Assembly (NCBI GenBank): GCA_038878695.1 | Contig: JAVZVD010000002.1 | Coordinates: forward strand, 158,734 to 198,733 | Source: Fervidicoccaceae archaeon | GTDB lineage: Archaea; Thermoproteota; Thermoprotei_A; Sulfolobales; Fervidicoccaceae | Length of the DNA stretch: 40,000 bases | Reading direction: 5' to 3' | Shown here: piece after piece, positions 32,677 to 40,000 of the stretch | Layout: each line of letters opens with the position of its first letter | Numbering within the stretch: position 1 is the first letter of the stretch | Position numbers and translations under genes: made by a program | Notes under the pieces: generated by a model | Databases searched by the model: none | Told to the model about the DNA's origin: nothing | The model's input: only the letters and a program-made list of their open reading frames with translations

Positions 32677-34377
32677 TTGGCCGAGGTCAATCCCCTCCTG
32701 ATCCCGCTGGCGACCCTCGCGGCCTGCGTCTTGGAGCCGGCGTTGGGCAAGATCTCGAGGAGGGCGGGCGAGGGCCTTGCTGTGGTCGCCTCGGCCCTGG
32801 CCGCCGCCCTCTCGCTTTACCTATTTTCTCAGCCCCATAGGTGGCCCCTCTACTTGGGACCGTATCTCCCGCACGTCTCCTTCTACGTCGATCAACTCTC
32901 CGTCTTCATGCTCTGCGTGATAAACTGCATAGGAGCTCTCGTTGTCTACTACAGCGTCGGCTACATGGGACGCGACAGAGACTTCATTAGATACTACGCG
33001 TTGATACTCCTCTTCATCGGTTCAATGTCGGGCCTCGTCGTGGCTGGAGACCTCGTGCTCCTCTATATATTTTGGGAGATGGTGGGGATATGCAGCGCCC
33101 TCCTCATAGCCTATTGGTGGGAGAAGCCCGAGGCCAGGAGAGCCGGCCTCAAGGCCTTCGTGGTCACGAGGACCGCCGACTTTGGCATGTTGATAGGCGT
33201 CGCACTAGCCTACGCCGCTGCCGGCACGACCAGCGTGCCGGAGCTCCTGAGCTCGGCCTCGGGTCTGCCCGCTAGAATGGCCCAGCTCATCGGGCTTCTC
33301 CTCTTCGTCGGAGCCATGGGTAAGTCCGCTCAGTTCCCGTTGTTGGTCTGGCTCCCCGATGCCATGGAGGGGCCCACGACGGTTAGCGCCCTTATACACG
33401 CCGCCACCATGGTCAAGGCCGGCGTCTACTTGGTCGCCAGAATGTACCCGCTGATCTCGCTTTTCCCAGCTCTGATGCACTTGATCGCTGTCATCGCTCT
33501 AATAACCGTGCTCATGTCGGGCTTCGCCGCGATTGGGTCGAGAGACGTCAAGAGGGTTCTGGCCTTCAGCACGATCAATCACCTCTCGCTCATGTTCCTG
33601 GCCCTCGGCCTGGGAGCCTGGACCGCCTCTCAGCTCCACCTGCTTAGCCACTCGCTCTTCAAGGCCCTCCTCTTCCTCACGGCGGGTCTCGTGATTCACG
33701 AGACAGGCACCAGAGACATCTTCCAGATGAGGGGTCTCTATAGAGGCGGGCTGAGGATCTCGGCCATCTGCTTCCTAATAGGCGCTCTGAGCCTGGCCGG
33801 ACTCCCGCCCTTCCCCGGCTTCGTCACGAAGGAGATGGTGCTGGGGCTGCTTCACGGAGCGCTCCCCGAGGCCCTCGCATCGTTGGTGGTCTTCACGGTA
33901 TCCTTCACGTCGGCTCTCTACATCTTCAGGGCGTTCTTCGCGATGTTCTTGGGCGAGCCCAGCGGCCACTACCACGAGAGAGACAAGTTCATGGTCCCAG
34001 TCATCGTGTTGCTCTGCGTCGCCACGACCCTCGGCCTCTACCCGGTCCTCAGCGCCGCTCGCGCCTTCGGAGCGGAGCACTTGCACGCGGCCGTTGAGCC
34101 GCTCCCGCTCCTGGCCGCTCTGCTGGGCGTGGCGGTCTCCTACGCGCTCTGGGGCAGAAACGCGGCCCCCGAAATGAGGAGGTCTCTCGGCCCACTGGCC
34201 AGTGCGGCGGAGAGGAGCTTCCTCCTGGACGACGCCTACACGATGCTCGCCAAATTCGTCGCCGATAAAGTGAGCCGAGTTGCCACGATGATTCAGACAG
34301 GCGTTCCCTCGATAAACACCTCGTGGATCCTGGCCTTCGTTTTAGCGCTCGCGCTCCTCGTCTCGTTAGTGTGGTGA
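32677..34377 (+). CDS. NuoL/MrpA-like antiporter subunit
   Basis: 566 aa. WEMVGICSALLIAYW, GKSAQFPLLVWLPDAMEGPT and SALIHAATMVKAGVY are proton-antiporter core motifs. The C-terminal amphipathic segment FLLDDAYTMLAKFVADKVSRVA plus a final TM anchor resembles the NuoL lateral helix. Confidence 0.85.
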   Translation: MAEVNPLLIPLATLAACVLEPALGKISRRAGEGLAVVASALAAALSLYLFSQPHRWPLYLGPYLPHVSFYVDQLSVFMLCVINCIGALVVYYSVGYMGRDRDFIRYYALILLFIGSMSGLVVAGDLVLLYIFWEMVGICSALLIAYWWEKPEARRAGLKAFVVTRTADFGMLIGVALAYAAAGTTSVPELLSSASGLPARMAQLIGLLLFVGAMGKSAQFPLLVWLPDAMEGPTTVSALIHAATMVKAGVYLVARMYPLISLFPALMHLIAVIALITVLMSGFAAIGSRDVKRVLAFSTINHLSLMFLALGLGAWTASQLHLLSHSLFKALLFLTAGLVIHETGTRDIFQMRGLYRGGLRISAICFLIGALSLAGLPPFPGFVTKEMVLGLLHGALPEALASLVVFTVSFTSALYIFRAFFAMFLGEPSGHYHERDKFMVPVIVLLCVATTLGLYPVLSAARAFGAEHLHAAVEPLPLLAALLGVAVSYALWGRNAAPEMRRSLGPLASAAERSFLLDDAYTMLAKFVADKVSRVATMIQTGVPSINTSWILAFVLALALLVSLVW

Positions 34378-34384
34378 GAGCGAC

Positions 34385-35785
34385 ATGACCCCCCTCGGAG
34401 CCCTCGCGAGCGAGACCTCGGTCCTGCTCCTCACCTCGGCGGGAGTGACCGCTATAGCCTCGACGGGCCTCCTCGGCGAGGCGAGGAGCAGGAGTATATC
34501 GACCTATCTTCTGACGGCGTGGACTGGGCTCCTCCTATTGATCTTCGTTGGCGCGAGGAGCCCGGCCGGCTTCATAGGCGCTACCTCGGCCGCCATAGGG
34601 CTCGCCGCGGCTCTCTCTTCAAGCTGTATCATCAGGGAGAGAGGCAAGTTCCTGCACGACGCTGTGCTCCTCGCTCTCGTCGCGTCGGCCTATCTCGTGG
34701 CTCAGAGCAGAGACCTCATCAGGCTCTTCGTCTATTGGGAGCTCATGAGCGTGTCGATACTGGTCCTAACGGTGTTCCACTGGCACAGAGAGAACCTAGA
34801 GTCGGCCCTCAAGTACGTCATGATGTGCGGCGTCGGCAGCTTGCTCGCTCTGGTCGGCATCGGCATGACCGTGGCCGAGGCGGGCAGCACGTCGATCGAG
34901 GCCGTGGCCCGCGCGAGTCCGCTGGCGAAGGCCCTCATGGCCGTGGGCTTCGGCGTAGAGGCCGCGATCTTCCCGCTGCACTTCTGGCTCCCCGACGTCC
35001 ACATGGCCGCTCCCAGCACCGCTAGCGCTCTCTTATCCGGCATAGCCATAGAGACGGGCGCCTACGTGGCCGCCAGCGTGGCCTTGCTCGACGCGCACGT
35101 CGCCAAGGCGTTCGCGCTGGCCGCCCTCATCGGAGCATTCATTGGCAACTTAGCGGCCATAAGGCAGGACGACATGAAGCGGATGCTCGCCTACAGCAGC
35201 GTAGCTCACGTCAGCTACATAGTTTTGGGCCTCGTGGCTGGAGCCGCCCTCGCCAAGACGTACGCTCAGCTCCACATAATGGCCCACGGCCTTCTCAAGG
35301 GAGCGGCCTTCCTGCTCTCCGGCCTCTTCATAGCTCTGTGGGGCACGAGGAGCCTAAGCGTATTGGCCGGGAAGCTCGAGAGGACCATAGCGTTGAAGTT
35401 CTCCATCGTGGCCTTGGGCCTCGGCCTAACGGGGGTCCCCCCGTTCCTCACGTTCTGGAGCGAGGCTTTCACGTTCATAGGGCTCGTGACGACGAACTTC
35501 TTCGCGGCCACGATGGCCGTCGGTATGGCGATCGCGATACTGATCTCGGCCGCGTTCTACTTCAGACTGTTCTACTCTCTGAGCGTTGGGAAGGGGCCGG
35601 TCCTCCACGATGGGAGCGGAGAGAGCGGCGGGAACTCGGAGGAGAGGCCCGAGCTAGGCGCGAGCGAGACGGTGGCGCTGGTCGCGATCCTGGCTCTCAT
35701 CATCGTGGCCATAGCCTTGAGCGCCTTCCCGAAGACCTTGATCGACTACTTCAACCTCGGACAAATGATGTTGCCCCCAGCCTAA
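34385..35785 (+). CDS. NuoN/NuoM/MrpD-like antiporter subunit
   Basis: 466 aa. WELMSVS, FGVEAAIFPLHFWLPDVHMAAPS, SALLSGIAIETGAY and MLAYSSVAHVSY are present. Confidence 0.8.
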   Translation: MTPLGALASETSVLLLTSAGVTAIASTGLLGEARSRSISTYLLTAWTGLLLLIFVGARSPAGFIGATSAAIGLAAALSSSCIIRERGKFLHDAVLLALVASAYLVAQSRDLIRLFVYWELMSVSILVLTVFHWHRENLESALKYVMMCGVGSLLALVGIGMTVAEAGSTSIEAVARASPLAKALMAVGFGVEAAIFPLHFWLPDVHMAAPSTASALLSGIAIETGAYVAASVALLDAHVAKAFALAALIGAFIGNLAAIRQDDMKRMLAYSSVAHVSYIVLGLVAGAALAKTYAQLHIMAHGLLKGAAFLLSGLFIALWGTRSLSVLAGKLERTIALKFSIVALGLGLTGVPPFLTFWSEAFTFIGLVTTNFFAATMAVGMAIAILISAAFYFRLFYSLSVGKGPVLHDGSGESGGNSEERPELGASETVALVAILALIIVAIALSAFPKTLIDYFNLGQMMLPPA

Positions 35786-35957
35786 TGGACCGGGGAGCGC
35801 CGACGACCCCGAGCCACTCGTGATTTCAAGGGCCCTCGATTTTTGAGAAGCCCGTCGAGCTCGTCGGGACTTAACTCGTTGAGCCTCCCCGCAGTAGACT
35901 CGTTCGAGCCTGTCCTCGCCTGGGCCGCTCGAGGCGCCGCCCGATTCCTCGGCGCGC

Positions 35958-36983
35958 TCAGCGCGCCGCCTCGCTCACAGACTTCAGGAGCTCCTTGAGG
36001 GTCAACACGTCGAGCACGTCCTCGACCATGTCGAGCGAGTAGCCGAGCACCCTCGAGAGGCTCATGAGGAGCCCGTAGCGCGCCGCCTCGCCCCCAGCGG
36101 CGCTCTCTAAGAGCCTCCTGACCTCGATCCTCCTGGACTCGATCTCGTCCGCGAGCCGAAGGGCGGCCCCCGCATCCAGCTTGGAGAGAGCCGAGGCGGC
36201 CCTAGAGAAAATGGAGCTAGCCTCCTCGACCATCGCCACCAAGTCCTCGCCAATGGAGCCCCCCCTTAAGGCGATCTTCGAGGCCTCCTCGGCCATCGAC
36301 GCGACGTGATCGGCAACGCGCTCGAGAGCCTTGAAGCCGTGGTAGTAGTGGAGAGCCTCGGCTGGGCTCTCGAGGCCGGCCTCGGCCGGGGAGACCTCGC
36401 CCGAGAGCACGGCCACGAGCCTCCTCGTCAGACTCAGATAGAGCCTGTCGACTAGGTCGTCCCTCGCCCTGACGCTCTGGAGTTGGGAGAGGTCGCCCCT
36501 CTTCATCCCCTCGACAAGGTCCCTGAACATGTAGCTTACGTGCCTCGCCGCCAGAGCTACGGCCTCGCCGACGCCCAGGTCGAGCTGACTCCCGACGACT
36601 CTCATCGTCAGGCCCGAGCTAGACTCGTCCGTAACGACGACATCCATAATCTTCGAGGAGACGAGGTCGCGGAGAGTCTGAGCGATGGTCGAGCCGGATT
36701 CGTCGTGGAGCACCCTGAATACTCTGTAGCCGGCCACGTAGGCCGAGACCAGGGCCTTGGCCGCGGCGCTCGCGCTCGAGGAGCGCAGGTCGATGACCCT
36801 CTCGGGAGCTCGAGGTCTCTCCGCTCTCTCGAAGGAGGGAGAGATCCTGAGGCTGTTATCGGGGAGGACCTCGATGAGCACTCTAGAGCCCTTACCTACT
36901 CCGGCCCTTCTCGCCCAATCCCTCGGGAGCGAGACTATGAGCGTGGAGCGCCCCGTCAGCTGGACCCTCCTGACGTATAGCAC
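35958..36983 (-). CDS. phoU: Archaeal phosphate-uptake regulator: N-terminal AbrB/SpoVT domain fused to PhoU-like helical domains
   Basis: 341 aa. VQLTGRSTLIVSLPRDWARRAGVGKGSRVLIEVLPDNSLRISP is the AbrB-type swapped hairpin. The remainder is helical and PhoU-like (VRARDDLVDRLYL..., ALERVADHVASMAE). It is divergent from pstS. Confidence 0.7.
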   Translation of the reverse strand: MLYVRRVQLTGRSTLIVSLPRDWARRAGVGKGSRVLIEVLPDNSLRISPSFERAERPRAPERVIDLRSSSASAAAKALVSAYVAGYRVFRVLHDESGSTIAQTLRDLVSSKIMDVVVTDESSSGLTMRVVGSQLDLGVGEAVALAARHVSYMFRDLVEGMKRGDLSQLQSVRARDDLVDRLYLSLTRRLVAVLSGEVSPAEAGLESPAEALHYYHGFKALERVADHVASMAEEASKIALRGGSIGEDLVAMVEEASSIFSRAASALSKLDAGAALRLADEIESRRIEVRRLLESAAGGEAARYGLLMSLSRVLGYSLDMVEDVLDVLTLKELLKSVSEAAR

Positions 36984-37094
36984 GAAGACCGACCTCTATA
37001 TGCATCTATATAGTAGTATATATTAATTTTGATTCTATTTCGATCGCGCATATTAGCCGGCGGGTGAGCCCTCGAGCTCGAGGACTGAGCGCTC
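36984..37094. promoter_or_regulatory. Divergent phoU-like / pstS promoter region
   Basis: The interval is very AT-rich. TCTATAT occurs at 36995-37001 and again at 37005-37011 (10-nt phasing), then gtatatattaatttt. gcatattag (about 37048-37056) lies about 40 nt before TTG 37095. Confidence 0.4.
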
Positions 37095-38225
37095 TTGAGG
37101 AGCAGGGCCCTCTACGTCGTCGCCCTCGCCGCCGCGCTCGCAGCCGCCGCCCTCTTCTTGAGCTTGAGACCGGGGGAAAAGCCCGCGGAGTCGACGGGGA
37201 CGACGACCCCCGCGACCGCTACGCCCGAGAAGGTCACGCTCCTGGGATCAGGCTCGACGTTCGTGCACCCTCAGCTAGACGCCTGGGCCAAGGAGTTCAT
37301 GAGGAGGGGCCCAGGCGTCGTCATCGAGTACAGCCCTACGGGTAGCGGGGCTGGCCAGGAGCAGTTCCTGGCGAAGCTCGTTGACTTCGCTTGCAGCGAT
37401 CCCCCGCTGCCCAGCGGGGCTCTCGCGCAGGCCAAGAGGGATCCCAGAGGCGTGATCCAGCTCCCCCTCGTCATCGGGTCGGTGGTCGTGATCTATAATC
37501 TGCCGGGCCTCGAGGGGAGGCTCAGGCTGAGCGGAGAGGTCCTGGCCGCCATATACCTGGGCGAGATAGAGTATTGGGACGACCCGAGGATAGCCTCTCT
37601 AAACTCCGATCTGAGGCTCCCGCACGAGAGGATCGTCGCCGTGCACAGGTCTGACTCCAGCGGGACGACCCAAATCTTCACAGAGTTCCTGAGGAAGTCG
37701 TCGAGGGGTCTGTGGCCGCCCGAGTTGGTCGGGAAAGCCGTCGAATGGCCCGTCGATAAGACCGGGAGAGGACTGGGGGGGAAAGGCAATCAGGGCGTGG
37801 CCGACTTGGTCTCGAGGACCCCCGGCTCGATAGGCTACGTCGAGTACGCGTACGCTGCTCTCGCCAAGCTCCCCCACGCGCTGATCGAGAACGCGGAGGG
37901 GAGATTCGTCGATGCGTCGCCCGAGACCATGACGAGTGCGCTGAGAGGGGCTCTGGCGAAGCTCCCGCCGAGACCGGACGACGACTTCAACGAGTTCTGG
38001 GGCGGCGTCATCTTCGCTCCAGGCGAGGACTCCTATCCCATCACCTCGTTCTCTTTCCTGCTTCTATACAAGAGCTATCCGCCGAGCAAGGCTGAGGCCG
38101 TGAGGAGGTTCGTCGAGTTCATCTATACCGAGGGGAGGGGCCTCATGGTCGAGGGCTACGTGCCCGTGCCCGAGGAGCTCGCGTCTTACGCTCTGAGAGC
38201 CGTCGAGATTATCGGGAGCGGGTAG
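37095..38225 (+). CDS. pstS: Phosphate ABC transporter substrate-binding protein
   Basis: 376 aa. A signal/anchor helix is followed by LLGSGSTFVHPQLDAWAKEF, SPTGSGAGQEQF, RSDSSGTTQIFTEFL and GSIGYVEYAYA. Confidence 0.85.
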   Translation: MRSRALYVVALAAALAAAALFLSLRPGEKPAESTGTTTPATATPEKVTLLGSGSTFVHPQLDAWAKEFMRRGPGVVIEYSPTGSGAGQEQFLAKLVDFACSDPPLPSGALAQAKRDPRGVIQLPLVIGSVVVIYNLPGLEGRLRLSGEVLAAIYLGEIEYWDDPRIASLNSDLRLPHERIVAVHRSDSSGTTQIFTEFLRKSSRGLWPPELVGKAVEWPVDKTGRGLGGKGNQGVADLVSRTPGSIGYVEYAYAALAKLPHALIENAEGRFVDASPETMTSALRGALAKLPPRPDDDFNEFWGGVIFAPGEDSYPITSFSFLLLYKSYPPSKAEAVRRFVEFIYTEGRGLMVEGYVPVPEELASYALRAVEIIGSG

Positions 38226-38231
38226 AGAACG

Positions 38232-39158
38232 ATGAGGCTCGGGAGGCCTCTAGGCGACTTGGTTTTTTTCTATTGTCTCGCTGCTCCCGCTGCGGCGATG
38301 GTCTTAGCCTTCGCGCTCCTCTTCTACGCTCACATCGACTTGAGCCGCGAGGCCCTCGAGCTCCAGGGCCTCAAGACCTTCGCCGGCGCGAGGTGGAGGC
38401 CCTCCCTCGAGCCCCCGCCGAAGAGCGAGTACGGTCTGCTCCCAGCGATCGTCGGGACTCTCACTTCCGCCGGCATCGCTCTCCTCATCGCCCTCCCCGT
38501 CTCGGTACTCCTCGCGGTGTTTCTCGTCGAGATAGCGCCTCGCTCCCTCTCCCATCTCCTCGGGCTTATCATTGACGCTCTCGCCGGCCTCCCATCGGTC
38601 GTGTACGGGCTGTGGGGCCTCTATTTCCTGGGTCCCTTCTTGAGGAAGAACCTAATGGAGCCCCTCCACGAGCTCTTGGGCTTCCTGCCCTTCTTCTCGT
38701 GTAAGCCCCTCTCGGGGGCGAGCGTCCTCACGGCGGGGATCCTGCTCTCTATCATGATCACCCCCTTCGCCTCCGCTCTCGTGTACGAGGCGTACAGGAG
38801 CGTGCCCTCGGTCTACATCGAGGCCGCCTACTCCCTCGGAATGACCAGGTATGAGCAGGCGATGACGAGGCTCTCGATGATAAGAGGTGCCGTGGTCTCG
38901 GCGGCTCTGCTAGGCCTCGGGAGGGCCATGAGCGAGACCGCGGCCGTGACCATGGTGGTAGGAAACGCCTACGTACTCAGCCCCTGCGTCTTCTCTCCAG
39001 CCTACACGATCACATCGCTCATAGCCAATCAATTCGCCGAGTCCCGCGGCTACCCCCTCATGCTCAGCTCCCTCTTCGCGGGTAGCCTGCTTCTGCTTTG
39101 CGTCGGGCTCATTGTCAACGCGGCTGGCCTGAGAGCTCTCAGGAGCGTGAGACTGTGA
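38232..39158 (+). CDS. pstC: Phosphate ABC transporter permease PstC
   Basis: 308 aa, polytopic. The EAA-type loop is SVYIEAAYSLGMTRYEQAMTRLSMIRGAVVSA. Confidence 0.8.
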   Translation: MRLGRPLGDLVFFYCLAAPAAAMVLAFALLFYAHIDLSREALELQGLKTFAGARWRPSLEPPPKSEYGLLPAIVGTLTSAGIALLIALPVSVLLAVFLVEIAPRSLSHLLGLIIDALAGLPSVVYGLWGLYFLGPFLRKNLMEPLHELLGFLPFFSCKPLSGASVLTAGILLSIMITPFASALVYEAYRSVPSVYIEAAYSLGMTRYEQAMTRLSMIRGAVVSAALLGLGRAMSETAAVTMVVGNAYVLSPCVFSPAYTITSLIANQFAESRGYPLMLSSLFAGSLLLLCVGLIVNAAGLRALRSVRL

Positions 39159-40000
39159 GCTGGGCGAGGAAGCTCAAGGACAGGCTCTTCTCGGCTCTGG
39201 CCTCGCTCGTGGCTCTCGCCTTCGCGGCGGTCGCCCTCCACGTGGTCCTCTACGTGACTTGGAGAGGGCTCCCCGTCCTTGCCTCGGAGGGGCTCTCGCT
39301 GCTCTTCGAGAAGCCCGCAGCCGTGACGGCAGAGAGGCCGGGCGGCGTGGCTCCCGCCCTCGTCGGCACTCTATATTTGACAGCGTCCTCGCTCGCGATA
39401 GCTGCTCCGATGGCCGCGCTGGCGGCGGTCTTCTCGGTGGAGTTCCCCCGGAGCCCTCTGTCCAGGCTCGTCAGACTCACGTCGAGAGCTCTGCTCGAAG
39501 TCCCGACGATAAGCGTGGGCCTATTGGTCTTCTCGTTGTTGGTCCTCCCATTGGGGAGATTCACGGGATTGGCCGGGACCGTCGCCCTCGCCCTCGTGAT
39601 GCTGCCCTACGTGTACGTCTACGCGGAGTCCGCTCTGTCCTCAGTGCCCTCGACCTACGTCGAGGCCGGCTACGCGCTGGGCATGAGGAGAGCTCAGGTG
39701 GCTCTAGGCCTGAGACTGAAGATGGCGAAGAGAGGGGTGTGGAGGGGAGTGCTCATGGCTACGATGAAAGCGATGGGCGAGACGGCTCCCCTCCTATTCA
39801 CGGTCTACGGGGCTAGATCCGTAGTGTTCGGAGGCCCGCTTCAGCCGATAGATGCTCTCCCTCTGATGATATTCCAGTTCATTCAGAGCGGCTACGAGAA
39901 TTGGAGGGCTCTCGCGTGGGGAGGAGCCTTCGTGCTATTGGTCCTCTACATGGCGATGTACGCCGCGTACAGATTGGCCTTGAGAGGCGAGACTAAGTGA
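39155..40000 (+). CDS. pstA: Phosphate ABC transporter permease PstA
   Basis: Start re-set to GTG 39155, overlapping the pstC TGA (GTGA). The EAA loop is STYVEAGYALGMRRAQVALGLRLKMAKRGV. The TGA stop falls at 39998-40000, so the gene is complete. Confidence 0.8.
   Translation: MSWARKLKDRLFSALASLVALAFAAVALHVVLYVTWRGLPVLASEGLSLLFEKPAAVTAERPGGVAPALVGTLYLTASSLAIAAPMAALAAVFSVEFPRSPLSRLVRLTSRALLEVPTISVGLLVFSLLVLPLGRFTGLAGTVALALVMLPYVYVYAESALSSVPSTYVEAGYALGMRRAQVALGLRLKMAKRGVWRGVLMATMKAMGETAPLLFTVYGARSVVFGGPLQPIDALPLMIFQFIQSGYENWRALAWGGAFVLLVLYMAMYAAYRLALRGETK

Noticed and set aside
27436-35785. Reading the cluster as an ordinary respiratory complex I (nuo) operon
   Set aside because: The NuoD-like subunit retains all four Ni-Fe cysteine ligands plus a cleavable tail. 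The NuoB-like subunit has the hydrogenase CxxC spacing, and a hydrogenase endopeptidase gene is adjacent. It is therefore a group-4 hydrogenase despite the nuo-like order.
1-40000. tRNA, rRNA, RNase P or SRP RNA genes
   Set aside because: I scanned intergenic stretches for canonical tRNA ends and T-arm motifs (GGTTCGAATCC-like) and other familiar RNA signatures and found none. This was an eye scan only; tRNAscan or Infernal would be decisive.

Overview
High-GC archaeal chromosomal DNA; species not assignable from sequence alone. I counted GC only on a few single 60-nt lines: about 63-65% in the bulk and about 45-50% between roughly 9.8 and 12.3 kb. Archaeal hallmarks seen directly: a mre11-rad50-nurA-herA cluster, short AT-rich TATA-like boxes 30-45 nt upstream of operon starts, many GTG/TTG starts, 1-4 nt start/stop overlaps, and AGG/AGA arginine codons. 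Content in order: (1) 1-3.2 kb, minus strand: sugar epimerase, sugar-1-P nucleotidyltransferase, cysteine-synthase-family enzyme and an Alg14/Alg13-like (Agl24-like) glycosyltransferase. (2) 3.3-4.9 kb: small ORF plus a radical SAM enzyme with extra N-terminal Fe-S domains. (3) 5.0-7.2 kb: overlapping GpgS-like glycosyltransferase, RCK/TrkA-like protein and MscS channel. (4) 7.2-14 kb: surface-glycan region with three GT4 glycosyltransferases and an FkbM methyltransferase. Two of the GT4 genes share a 164-nt, 162/164-identical inverted tract. The region also holds a lower-GC island and 1.37 kb with no credible CDS. That stretch includes an extraordinary array of nested perfect palindromes (11 GCTAGC sites in 220 nt). 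(5) 14.4-17.4 kb: glnA with a translationally coupled 87-aa ORF, a divergent Lrp/AsnC regulator and an isochorismatase-family hydrolase. (6) 17.5-24.3 kb: mre11-rad50-nurA-herA. (7) 24.4-27.2 kb: an MHS-type MFS transporter fused to four CBS domains, then a DUF488 protein. (8) 27.4-35.8 kb: a HycI-like protease plus nine genes in complex I order (A-B-CD-H-I-J-K-L-N) whose catalytic subunits keep the [NiFe]-hydrogenase ligands. (9) 36-40 kb: AbrB-PhoU regulator divergent from pstS-pstC-pstA. I recognised no rRNA, tRNA, CRISPR array, transposase or integrase. Best candidates for something new are the palindrome array (12.6-12.9 kb), the complex-I-ordered hydrogenase, the conversion tract in the GT4 paralogues and the MFS-CBS fusion. 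All family calls rest on motif recognition by eye; no database search was run.
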